Assembly: GCA_028282585.1 (NCBI GenBank) | Contig: JANQHR010000116.1 | Location: 1-45,287, forward strand | Length of the DNA: 45,287 nt | Direction of reading: 5' to 3' | Source of the DNA: Bacteroidales bacterium | Lineage (GTDB): Bacteria; Bacteroidota; Bacteroidia; Bacteroidales; UBA12077 | Shown here: positions 19,026-27,422 of the stretch, one piece after another | Position numbering within the stretch: position 1 is the stretch's first letter | How the letters are laid out: every line of letters begins with the position of its first letter | Position numbers and translations under genes: made by a program | The notes under the pieces: model-generated | Told to the model about the DNA's origin: nothing | Databases searched by the model: none | Seen by the model: the letters and a program-made list of their open reading frames with translations, nothing else

Positions 19026-20333
19026 ATGAGTTCGTTTGTTATCAAAGGTGGTAAAAAACTGAAAGGTGATATTTACCCTCAGGGAGCAAAAAATGAAGCA
19101 TTACAAATTTTATGCGCTGTTTTATTAACTCCTGAACAAATTACTATCCATAATATTCCTAATATCAGGGATGTAAACAAACTCATAGATTTACTTGCGA
19201 GTATTGGTGTTAAGGTGGAAAAATTAAATGAATCATCTTATACTTTTAAAGCTGATCATATTGACTTTGACTATCTACATACGGAAGAATACAGGGAAAA
19301 ATCTACTAGTTTACGAGGATCAATAATGATGATCGGACCTCTTTTAGCACGATTTGGTAAAGGATATATTCCAAAACCGGGTGGTGATAAAATTGGACGC
19401 AGAAGAGTTGATACTCACTTTATTGGTTTTGAAAAATTAGGTGCAAAATTCGAATTCAGTCATAAAGAGAACTCTTATAAGGTTAAAGGGAAAACGCTAA
19501 AAGGAGCTACGATGCTACTTGACGAGGCATCTGTTACCGGTACTGCCAATATCATTATGGCAGCTGTTTTAGCTGAAGGGCAAACGGTTATATATAATGC
19601 TGCCTGCGAACCATATGTACAGCAATTATGTAAGATGCTTGTAAGTATGGGAGCTAAAATAATTGGGATTGGTTCTAATTTGTTAACAATTGATGGTGTA
19701 AAAGAACTGAAAGGATGTAAACACTCAATTCTTCCTGATATGATAGAAGTAGGTAGTTTCATTGGTTTGGCTGCAATGACAGGATCAGAAATTACCATTA
19801 AAAATGTATCTTTCGAGAATCTCGGAATCATACCTAATTCGTTTAAAAGGTTAGGAATTAAATTAGAGAAAATCGGTGATGACATTTTTATACCTGAACA
19901 AAGGCATTATCAAATAGAAACTTTTATTGATGGTTCAATTATGACCATTGCCGATGCACCCTGGCCCGGACTTACTCCTGACCTTCTCAGCGTAATGCTT
20001 GTTGTATCAACACAGGCAAAAGGAAGTGTATTAATACACCAAAAAATGTTTGAAAGCCGGTTGTTCTTTGTTGATAAACTGATTGACATGGGAGCTCAAA
20101 TAATACTTTGCGATCCTCATAGAGCAACTGTTATAGGTTTGAACAATCAAATTCAACTTCGCGCTACACATATGACCTCTCCAGATATTCGTGCCGGTGT
20201 TGCTTTATTAATTGCCGCTTTGTCAGCTGACGGAACAAGTACAATTCATAATATAGATCAGATTGACCGGGGTTATCAAAATATTGATACCAGGTTAAAT
20301 GCTATTGGAGCTGATATTAAGAGAATAGACTGA
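19026..20333 (+). CDS. murA: UDP-N-acetylglucosamine 1-carboxyvinyltransferase
   Basis: GAKNEAL; PGGDKIGRR; SVTGTAN; SPDIRAG; IDRGY. Confidence 0.97.
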   Translation: MSSFVIKGGKKLKGDIYPQGAKNEALQILCAVLLTPEQITIHNIPNIRDVNKLIDLLASIGVKVEKLNESSYTFKADHIDFDYLHTEEYREKSTSLRGSIMMIGPLLARFGKGYIPKPGGDKIGRRRVDTHFIGFEKLGAKFEFSHKENSYKVKGKTLKGATMLLDEASVTGTANIIMAAVLAEGQTVIYNAACEPYVQQLCKMLVSMGAKIIGIGSNLLTIDGVKELKGCKHSILPDMIEVGSFIGLAAMTGSEITIKNVSFENLGIIPNSFKRLGIKLEKIGDDIFIPEQRHYQIETFIDGSIMTIADAPWPGLTPDLLSVMLVVSTQAKGSVLIHQKMFESRLFFVDKLIDMGAQIILCDPHRATVIGLNNQIQLRATHMTSPDIRAGVALLIAALSADGTSTIHNIDQIDRGYQNIDTRLNAIGADIKRID

Positions 20334-20390
20334 GAGAATATAAAATTATTCTAATTCATTATATATTAATATTTTTCTTTCGATAAATTC

Positions 20391-20470
20391 GGAATAACGG
20401 TTAGATGGAATGATGGAAAATCCCTAATCCAACCAGTTTGGAGGCTTAGCATGTATTCCATTCTTTCAAT
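20391..20470. repeat. Octamer-array inverted element
   Basis: GGAATAAC/GGTTAGAT/GGAATGAT/GGAAAATC, a GC-richer core, then inverted TATTCC/ATTCTTTC. Confidence 0.55.
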
Positions 20471-20545
20471 TTTATATATACAAAGACATTCATTTCAACA
20501 ATTACGCTGACAAAAAAACATTAATATTATTAATCTTTAAATTCA

Positions 20546-20617
20546 TTGTCATATTATCAATAAAGTTTATTTTTGCGTGCCAATTTGGCGTAAAATTCTA
20601 TTTGGCAAATATTTTGA
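20546..20617 (+). promoter_or_regulatory. grpE-dnaJ promoter region: housekeeping promoter plus sigma54-like element
   Basis: TTG(20546-48)-N19-TATTTTTG(20568-75); imperfect inverted repeat TGCCA-ATT-TGGCG; TGGCAAA-TATT-TTGA (20603-17) with GG-N10-GA spacing. Confidence 0.55.
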
Positions 20618-20674
20618 TGTCAAATTGCCGAAAAAAATACATTATACATTAATCATTTTTCAAATTTTACGAAA

Positions 20675-21313
20675 ATGACAAAAAAGACAGATAAAGTAGA
20701 GGATCCTGCTCGTCCGGCAGGCGAAAAAGATAAAAAGGCTACTCAGCAAACAAAAAAAACAAGTTCAAAAGCCAAGAAACCAAAACAAGAAGGTAAAAAG
20801 ATTGAGGTAAAAGATCCTGAGGAAGAGGTAAAAATTGAAAAAGAAGGAAAAAAAGAGAAAGAAAAGAAAGAGAAAACAGATAAAGAAAAATACGAAGAAG
20901 TAAACGATAAATACCTTCGCTTAGCAGCAGAATACGACAATTACAGGAAAAGAACTTTAAAAGAAAGAATGGAACTGACCAAAACTGCTGGTGAGGATAT
21001 TTTAGTAAATATCTTACCTGTTATTGATGATTTTGAAAGAGCTTTAGGGTCTATGGATCAAGCAAAAGAAATTGATGCAGTAAAGGAAGGTATTCAATTA
21101 ATCTATAACAAATTCAAGGAATTCTTGAAACAACGCGGAGTAAAGGAAATAGAAGCTAAAGAAAAAGATTTCGATACCGATGTACATGAGGCAATTACAA
21201 AAATTCCTGCTCCTGATGAAAAACTAAAGGGAAAAGTGGTAGATGTTATCGAAAAGGGTTATTATCTGCACGAGAAGGTAATTCGCTTTTCAAAAGTAGT
21301 AATTGGTGAATAA
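20675..21313 (+). CDS. grpE: Nucleotide exchange factor GrpE
   Basis: YLRLAAEYDNYRKR; LPVIDDFERA; FDTDVHEA; KGYYLHEKVIRFSKV. Confidence 0.97.
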   Translation: MTKKTDKVEDPARPAGEKDKKATQQTKKTSSKAKKPKQEGKKIEVKDPEEEVKIEKEGKKEKEKKEKTDKEKYEEVNDKYLRLAAEYDNYRKRTLKERMELTKTAGEDILVNILPVIDDFERALGSMDQAKEIDAVKEGIQLIYNKFKEFLKQRGVKEIEAKEKDFDTDVHEAITKIPAPDEKLKGKVVDVIEKGYYLHEKVIRFSKVVIGE

Positions 21314-21337
21314 GAGAATAAAAGAAATTAAACAAAT

Positions 21338-22510
21338 ATGTCCAAAAGAGATTATTACGAGGTTTTAGGTGTTTCAAAAAGCGCTTCGCAAGATGAAATA
21401 AAAAAAGCGTATAGAAAACAGGCCATTAAATACCATCCCGATAAAAATCCGGGAGACAAGGAAGCTGAAGCAAATTTTAAAGAAGCTGCGGAGGCTTATG
21501 AAGTTTTGAGTAATGAAGATAAGAGAAGCAGATACGATCGATTTGGACATGCAGGAGTTGGAGGTGCTGCTGGTGCAGGAGGATTCGGTGGCGGAATGAC
21601 CATGGAAGACATTTTCGAGAATTTCGGAGATATATTTGGAAGCGCCTTTGGTGGTGGTTTTGGAGGGTTCAGCGGGTTTAGCGGATTTGGAGGTTCTCGC
21701 CAAAGGGGACGTAGAGTTAATAAAGGTTCAAACCTTAGAGTAAAAGTTAGTTTAAGTCTTAAAGATATTGCGTACGGCGTAAATAAAAAAATTAAAGTTA
21801 ATAAATACATTGCTTGTGATGCTTGTGGTGGAAGCGGAGCAAAAGATTCATCATCATATAGCACCTGTTCAACTTGTCATGGAACCGGTCAGGTTACAAA
21901 AGTAACAAGTACTTTTCTTGGACAAATGCAAACAACTCAAACATGTCATGTTTGTGGTGGTGAAGGAAAAATTATTACTAATAAATGTACTAAATGTCAT
22001 GGTGAAGGTATTGTAAAAGATACCGAAGTTATTTCGCTGGATATACCTGCCGGAGTTGCAGAAGGAATGCAATTATCTGTTAGCGGAAAAGGAAATGCTG
22101 CTCGTCGAGGCGGAGTAAATGGTGATTTGATCGTTTTAATTCAGGAGGAGAAACATCCTGATTTGGTGAGAGATGGTAACGACTTAATTTATGGATTATA
22201 CCTAAACTTTGCGGAAGCGGCATTAGGAGCTCCAGTCGAAATCCCAACTGTAGATGGAAAGGTTAAGATAAAAATTGAACCCGGAACTCAACCAGGAAAA
22301 ATCTTACGATTAAGAGGTAAAGGTTTGCCGGAAGTAAATGGATATGGTAAAGGTGATTTATTAGTAAATATTAATGTTTGGGTACCTAAAACATTATCAA
22401 AAGAAGAACAAAAGCTGGTAGGACAATTATCCGATTCAGAAAATTTTCAACCAAAACCAAGTTCTGATGATAAAAACTTTTTTGAACGAATGAAAAGTTT
22501 TTTTGAATAA
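21338..22510 (+). CDS. dnaJ: Molecular chaperone DnaJ
   Basis: J domain with HPD; G/F-rich region; four CxxCxGxG repeats. Confidence 0.98.
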   Translation: MSKRDYYEVLGVSKSASQDEIKKAYRKQAIKYHPDKNPGDKEAEANFKEAAEAYEVLSNEDKRSRYDRFGHAGVGGAAGAGGFGGGMTMEDIFENFGDIFGSAFGGGFGGFSGFSGFGGSRQRGRRVNKGSNLRVKVSLSLKDIAYGVNKKIKVNKYIACDACGGSGAKDSSSYSTCSTCHGTGQVTKVTSTFLGQMQTTQTCHVCGGEGKIITNKCTKCHGEGIVKDTEVISLDIPAGVAEGMQLSVSGKGNAARRGGVNGDLIVLIQEEKHPDLVRDGNDLIYGLYLNFAEAALGAPVEIPTVDGKVKIKIEPGTQPGKILRLRGKGLPEVNGYGKGDLLVNINVWVPKTLSKEEQKLVGQLSDSENFQPKPSSDDKNFFERMKSFFE

Positions 22511-22536
22511 GGTTAAATTTTGTCACAAAATAACAG

Positions 22537-22569
22537 GACTGTCGAAAAGTTTTCGAACAGTCTTTTTTT
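22537..22569 (+). terminator. Intrinsic terminator of grpE-dnaJ
   Basis: GACTG-TCGAAA / TTTCGA-A-CAGTC stem followed by T7. Confidence 0.8.
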
Positions 22570-22580
22570 GTCTTTTTTAT

Positions 22581-22690
22581 TAAGCATGGATTATAAATTA
22601 GTAAGCACGGATTACAAATCCGCGGTAGCCGGGGAAAAGTATTTTAAACAAAACTCATATTTACACAGCCTTATAAATCCGCGTGAGCTG
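22581..22690. repeat. Cluster of three REP-like GCACGGATTACAAATCCGCG-type repeats
   Basis: TAAGCATGGATTATAAATT (22581), TAAGCACGGATTACAAATCCGCGGTAGC (22602), TTATAAATCCGCGTGAGC (22671); core hairpin CGGATT-ACA-AATCCG. Confidence 0.65.
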
Positions 22691-22797
22691 CGTTCAAAAG
22701 TATGCATCAAACATAAAGTCTGAAAAACTAATCAATAGTTTAGACTATTGTCTCAACTAATTATTGACTTATCTAGATAGAAAGCTTTATTAAAAGG

Positions 22798-24300
22798 TTA
22801 TTTTGAGGGTTGTTCGCAAAGTTTTAACCAAAACTCAAAAAACTTTTCATATGGAATTATTTCTGTTGTATCGAAACCTGAAATGTTCAATTCCGCTAGC
22901 TTTTTAATCAGTTTTTTGTTATGATCAATTATTTGATCCTTATTACATCCTTGTTCAATAGTTTTAGCTAAATGATAGAAAAATACTGCTGTTCTACTTT
23001 TATTTAGCTTCTTTAGGTATCTGTGATAATATACCAACATGTTATTACCTTCATTTTCAATCTCTCTTAAATTATGAATTTTATATAATATTACTCTAAT
23101 TATTAGTAATAATATATTATACCCATATTTATCTTTTGCAGATTTTTTTGAACGTTCAAGAAAAGTATGTAATGATTTTGGTTTACTAAAAATCGGTAAA
23201 TTCTTAATTTGTTCCTTTATTTCTAAGGATTTGAAAATAAAATATAAGTATGCTTCTTGTACAGCCCAAGAAGACTTATCGTAGTTATCTAAAAACTGAA
23301 ATTGAGGTGCTGAATTTACTTCTAATAGAATTTTTACTGCTTCGGTATAACTTTCTTTTTTTATTTGAATATCGAAATTTATTTCTTGAATCAGAAACTT
23401 ATTAAATGCTCTATAATCGCTTAATTTTAAGCATTTTTCAATTGATTTATCCGCCAGATCCAACTGTTTGGTATCTCTATAATACCTTGCATAATAATAG
23501 CTTAAATCAAGCTGAAGTGCTTTGGTGTTAATAAAAGGGAATTGTTTTATATGAAGATCAAGTTTTTTTAAGTTGGTTAGTATATTTTTCTGATTATTCT
23601 GTTGATAATAAAGAAGGTTTTTTATTTGGTAATAATATAATTTTATAAATGGGCTATTATAAATCTTAAGCCACTCCTCTATTTTCTCTAAACTTTCTTT
23701 GCATTCTGTTATTATTTCTTTCAATTTGGCTACTGAGAACTTGGTTTTGCTATATAACTTTTCCCACATTCCTCGTGAAGCATTATAATAATGCTGATAT
23801 TTTACTAATTGCTTTACTTTTTCATGATATTCCATGGTTTTTTTTGGAACACCTTTTAAAGCATAAACTGATCGAAATTTCCTCGCTGCTGCTACCTGAA
23901 TATCAATAAAGAAATATTGTTCTGCGGTTTGTTCTACTTTTGCAATTATTTTGGTTGGGTTATGATAAACATTTTTTAAAAGTAACTTCTCTGCTATTAA
24001 AAGTTCTTTCTCAACCTGAAACTGAATATTCATGTAATTATCCTTATCGATCTCCTCATAATTTTGCATATATACAAGGTCGGATAATTTTTGAACTAAG
24101 TTTCTTTTTAACATTAAGTATTTTTTATCTGCCTTTGTGGAGTTATAAATTATTTCGGAAGCCTCATCATCACTCTGAACCTGATTTGTAGTTACCAGAT
24201 CGAACAGTTTTCTTGTTTTAGAGTTTTTAGGAAGAACTGCATTAAATTCTGCCGGTTTATTTTTAGATAAAATGAAAGCAAGTTCGTTTATCAAATCCAT
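22798..24300 (-). CDS. Hypothetical 500-aa alpha-helical protein (TPR-like middle), function unknown
   Basis: Long ORF rich in K/L/I/Y/E; no signal peptide; N-terminal SDDEASEIIY...KYLMLKRNL; TPR-like YYARYY...ADKSIEKCL. Confidence 0.8.
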   Translation of the reverse strand: MDLINELAFILSKNKPAEFNAVLPKNSKTRKLFDLVTTNQVQSDDEASEIIYNSTKADKKYLMLKRNLVQKLSDLVYMQNYEEIDKDNYMNIQFQVEKELLIAEKLLLKNVYHNPTKIIAKVEQTAEQYFFIDIQVAAARKFRSVYALKGVPKKTMEYHEKVKQLVKYQHYYNASRGMWEKLYSKTKFSVAKLKEIITECKESLEKIEEWLKIYNSPFIKLYYYQIKNLLYYQQNNQKNILTNLKKLDLHIKQFPFINTKALQLDLSYYYARYYRDTKQLDLADKSIEKCLKLSDYRAFNKFLIQEINFDIQIKKESYTEAVKILLEVNSAPQFQFLDNYDKSSWAVQEAYLYFIFKSLEIKEQIKNLPIFSKPKSLHTFLERSKKSAKDKYGYNILLLIIRVILYKIHNLREIENEGNNMLVYYHRYLKKLNKSRTAVFFYHLAKTIEQGCNKDQIIDHNKKLIKKLAELNISGFDTTEIIPYEKFFEFWLKLCEQPSK

Positions 24301-24543
24301 TTATAGTTCAGTAATTTACCGATTGTTTAAGTTCTTATTTTAACAACAAAAGGTTAAGTTAATTTTAAGCGTAGGATCTATAGGTATTTCATAAATCTAC
24401 TTTTTACTTTTTACTTTTTAATGTAATTTTTATTTATCGCATTTAAATCAATATAAATATAAATCTTGAAGAGTTATAATCACCTTAAAAATAATCTTTT
24501 AATCTCAAAAACGCATGTTTTAGGTAATTATTTCGATTTGATC

Positions 24544-24575
24544 TATTGCAATTTGTTTATTGCAATTTGTTTATT
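24544..24575. repeat. Perfect 14-bp tandem duplication (about 2.3 copies)
   Basis: TATTGCAATTTGTT x2 plus TATT. Confidence 0.85.
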
Positions 24576-24898
24576 CCATATCCTTAGAATCTATTATATA
24601 TTTCATCTTACTTATGAATAAAATTGTAATGGTTTTAAATCTAATTTAAGTATAATTTTGTTATCCTAATAAACTAGTTGTATAGTTTATACTAAGCGCT
24701 CATAATACAATTATTAATATTCAGGTGAAGTTAGATATTGATAAAGATTTGATTCACGACATCTGAAATTGAGAAGAACGGATTGATGTTTACACTTTAT
24801 TAGTATATAATTTATTATGGTTTATTATAAAAGATTAAATAAAATTGAAATTGATTGTTGAGTAAAAATCAGTCCCAAACCAAACCTTAATTCAATAC

Positions 24899-24927
24899 TA
24901 AAAGAGGGGTAATAAACCCCTCTTTTA
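24899..24927. terminator. Bidirectional-looking intrinsic terminator overlapping the methyltransferase stop
   Basis: Perfect 12-bp inverted repeat TAAAAGAGGGGT-AATAA-ACCCCTCTTTTA. Confidence 0.8.
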
Positions 24928-25689
24928 CTTTTTAATAAACTCCAGTTTAGCAACATCTTTGTTCGATTTAAATATTTTATCCAGTTGAATAGTAATAGGA
25001 AGTGTAATTTTTTGAAGAAGAATTGCTAATTTAGTTAATGGCTCGCCTTCTCTCCTTGTTTTTGAGCTAAACGCTTTTCTAATAAAACCGGACATAAAAT
25101 AACTAATTCGAATATTTATAAACTTCTTTTGTTGGAGTAAAAAACCATGCTCATTGCAAATATCTTCATAGTATTTAACGGGACGCCCCAAACAAAGCTC
25201 ATCTCCTTTAACACGTTTTTCTATTTTTTCAAAAAGATAAACTTTACTATTTGAAACCCGACAGATTTCTGCCAAGATCTGTTTTAACATGTGATCATCT
25301 GTATTATGTTGAAGCACCGTAGCTGTAAATACAATATCAAATTCTTTATCTTTAAATGGTAAGGTGGTGCCATCTATTTTGACCAATTCAATTTTTGATG
25401 AGAGTTTTTCTTTAGACAGGCTTATCATTTCCTGAGAAATATCGACACCGACTAACTTATTTGGGGATTTTTTCCATACTTCTTGTAAATTTCCACCTGG
25501 TCCGCAACCCAATTCCAGAACCTTTGTCCGATTAAAATCAACTCCATTTAGCAATCCTAAAAATCTCTTTCTTTTGTATCTATAAAACGGTTCGTCATCA
25601 CCTGCTATAACATTTTCACCTTTTCTTGCTTTTATTCTCTCAGCAACTTCCGACCAATAAGATTCCGGATGATACTTTATTTTATTCAT
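24925..25689 (-). CDS. Class I SAM-dependent methyltransferase
   Basis: Motif I VLELGCGPG; VGVDISQEM; LPFKDKEFDIVF; start moved to ATG 25689 (MNKIKY), which overlaps the upstream stop as ATGA. Confidence 0.88.
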   Translation of the reverse strand: MNKIKYHPESYWSEVAERIKARKGENVIAGDDEPFYRYKRKRFLGLLNGVDFNRTKVLELGCGPGGNLQEVWKKSPNKLVGVDISQEMISLSKEKLSSKIELVKIDGTTLPFKDKEFDIVFTATVLQHNTDDHMLKQILAEICRVSNSKVYLFEKIEKRVKGDELCLGRPVKYYEDICNEHGFLLQQKKFINIRISYFMSGFIRKAFSSKTRREGEPLTKLAILLQKITLPITIQLDKIFKSNKDVAKLEFIKK

Positions 25690-25868
25690 TTCTTTTTTTC
25701 TTTTCTGCCTTCTCTCCAATTGGCCCAAAAAAAGCTAATTATTCCAACAATAAAAATTATTAATAATTGTCTGTGGCTTATAGGAATATTTACAATTATC
25801 TTTATTACAAATAGTGTTGTTGTGCTTAAAAGTAATATAATTGCTATTAGTCTTACAAATTTTTCCAT
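25686..25868 (-). CDS. Small two-TM membrane protein (60 aa)
   Basis: MEKFVRLIAIILLLSTTTLFVIKIIVNIPISHRQLLIIFIVGIISFFWANWREGRKEKKK; basic tail; ATGA coupling to the methyltransferase. Confidence 0.6.
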   Translation of the reverse strand: MEKFVRLIAIILLLSTTTLFVIKIIVNIPISHRQLLIIFIVGIISFFWANWREGRKEKKK

Positions 25869-26027
25869 TATGTTTTGTTCTATTTCCTTCCAAAAATATA
25901 TTAAACAATTCAATATTTCATTTTAGAGGATAAAAAATGTTAATCAGTTGTTAATAAGAGATTTTAATCCAAAGCAACTATTTTGCTATAACATTCATCT
26001 AACCCGTATAACTATTAATTCAAAAAT

Positions 26028-26408
26028 ATGAAACCTGAAAAATTCATTGGTATTATGTTGCTAACATTACTTTTGAGTTGTGAAATGGAGGAACAACCTT
26101 CCTCTTTGGCAAACGGGGTTGATCAAAATATTGGAGAAGTTTCTTTTGAAACAAATCAATACATTATGAATAGCTCTTTTGAAATTGATATTTTTATTAA
26201 TGGAATAAAAGTAGAAAATGGAAGTAATTCAAGGAATGAAAACAACCTTTTAACCAAAAAATTAAATGTTGGAATACACAATTATGAAGTAAAAGTATAT
26301 ACCTATAACGGAGAACCTAGCAAATCCATAAAGGGTCGGTTCATAATCGAAAAAGACAAATCTTCAGAAATCTTTATCGATTTTAAAAATTACAATCGCT
26401 GGATATAA
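26028..26408 (+). CDS. Hypothetical lipoprotein (beta-rich, PEGA/Ig-like)
   Basis: Lipobox LLSC at residue 18 followed by acidic residues; IDIFING, LNVGIHNYEVK. Confidence 0.72.
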   Translation: MKPEKFIGIMLLTLLLSCEMEEQPSSLANGVDQNIGEVSFETNQYIMNSSFEIDIFINGIKVENGSNSRNENNLLTKKLNVGIHNYEVKVYTYNGEPSKSIKGRFIIEKDKSSEIFIDFKNYNRWI

Positions 26409-26465
26409 TTCCAGCTTTTTTTATTCACTCTTTCTGGTTACCTTCACGAATCACTATTTCTATTT

Positions 26466-27206
26466 ATGGAAGTTAAAGTTATCATAATTATTTTATGCAT
26501 TGTATTTATCTCGACTTTAACCAGATCAACATTCGGATTTGGAGATGCTTTAATTGCAATGCCATTATTATCTTTATTTGTTAATATTAAAATTGCAACT
26601 CCTTTAATTGCTTTAATTGCTTTTTTTATTGCAATTTCAATTTTAATCAAAAATATAAACAGGGTTGAGTTTAAAAGTGCCTGGCGACTAATTCTTTCTT
26701 CACTAGTTGGAATTCCTATTGGTTTATGGTATTTGAAGGATATAAATGAAAGTGTGATAAAACTGATACTGGGGGTAATAATACTGTTTTTTGGTATTTA
26801 TAGTTTGGTGAAACCAAAACTGGTTGAATTAAAGAAAGAAACTTATTCTTGGATATTTGGTTTTTTTGCAGGAATTCTGGGAGGGGCATATAATACTAAT
26901 GGGCCTCCAATTGTAATTTATAGTTCTCTAAAAAAATGGAATCCTCAAAATTTCAGAGCTACGCTTCAAGGTTATTTTTTTACAACAGGAATCCTTATTA
27001 TTGCAGGACATGGTTTAGCAGGTAATTTTACAAAAGAAGTGTTAACATATTTTGTTTACTGTTTACCTGTTGTTTTAATTGCTGTTATAATTGGAGCGAA
27101 GATTAATAAAAGAATCCCCTTGGAAAAGTTCCATAAATTCATCTATTTGATATTAATAATATTGGGTGCTGTTTTAATTTTTAACTCTATTAATAGCCTG
27201 ACTTAA
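26466..27206 (+). CDS. Sulfite exporter TauE/SafE family membrane protein
   Basis: About 8 TM segments; STFGFGDALIAMP and GILGGAYNTNGPP repeats. Confidence 0.9.
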   Translation: MEVKVIIIILCIVFISTLTRSTFGFGDALIAMPLLSLFVNIKIATPLIALIAFFIAISILIKNINRVEFKSAWRLILSSLVGIPIGLWYLKDINESVIKLILGVIILFFGIYSLVKPKLVELKKETYSWIFGFFAGILGGAYNTNGPPIVIYSSLKKWNPQNFRATLQGYFFTTGILIIAGHGLAGNFTKEVLTYFVYCLPVVLIAVIIGAKINKRIPLEKFHKFIYLILIILGAVLIFNSINSLT

Positions 27207-27285
27207 AAATAATTAAACAGGAAATTTTCCAACTACCACAAAGTACTTCGACTTTACACAAAGATTGATTTTTTGAAAGAAGGCT

Positions 27286-27305
27286 AGAAGCTCTTCGGAG
27301 TTTTA
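27286..27305 (+). terminator. Hairpin with C(UUCG)G tetraloop after tauE, possible terminator
   Basis: GAAGCTC-TTCG-GAGTTTT. Confidence 0.4.
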
Positions 27306-27369
27306 ACAGGCCAATTTAAACTTTCCAACTTTTTAGTTTTTTAACAGTCCTTAAAGTAAAATTTTGTTT

Positions 27370-27395
27370 TGTAACCAGTTTTGGCAAACTGCGTC
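27370..27395 (+). promoter_or_regulatory. ECF-sigma-type promoter for the ABC permease
   Basis: TGTAAC-N16-CGTC, ending 27 nt before ATG 27423. Confidence 0.55.
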
Positions 27396-27422
27396 ACAAA
27401 ATTAAATAAATACAGGAAAGTT

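Noticed and set aside
22520-22723. 67-aa ORF after dnaJ
   Set aside because: TTG start, and it runs through the terminator and the REP-like repeats.
25669-25926. 85-aa + strand ORF and longer N-terminal versions of the two minus-strand ORFs
   Set aside because: Antisense shadow; ATG starts at 25868 and 25689 give a cleaner coupled arrangement.
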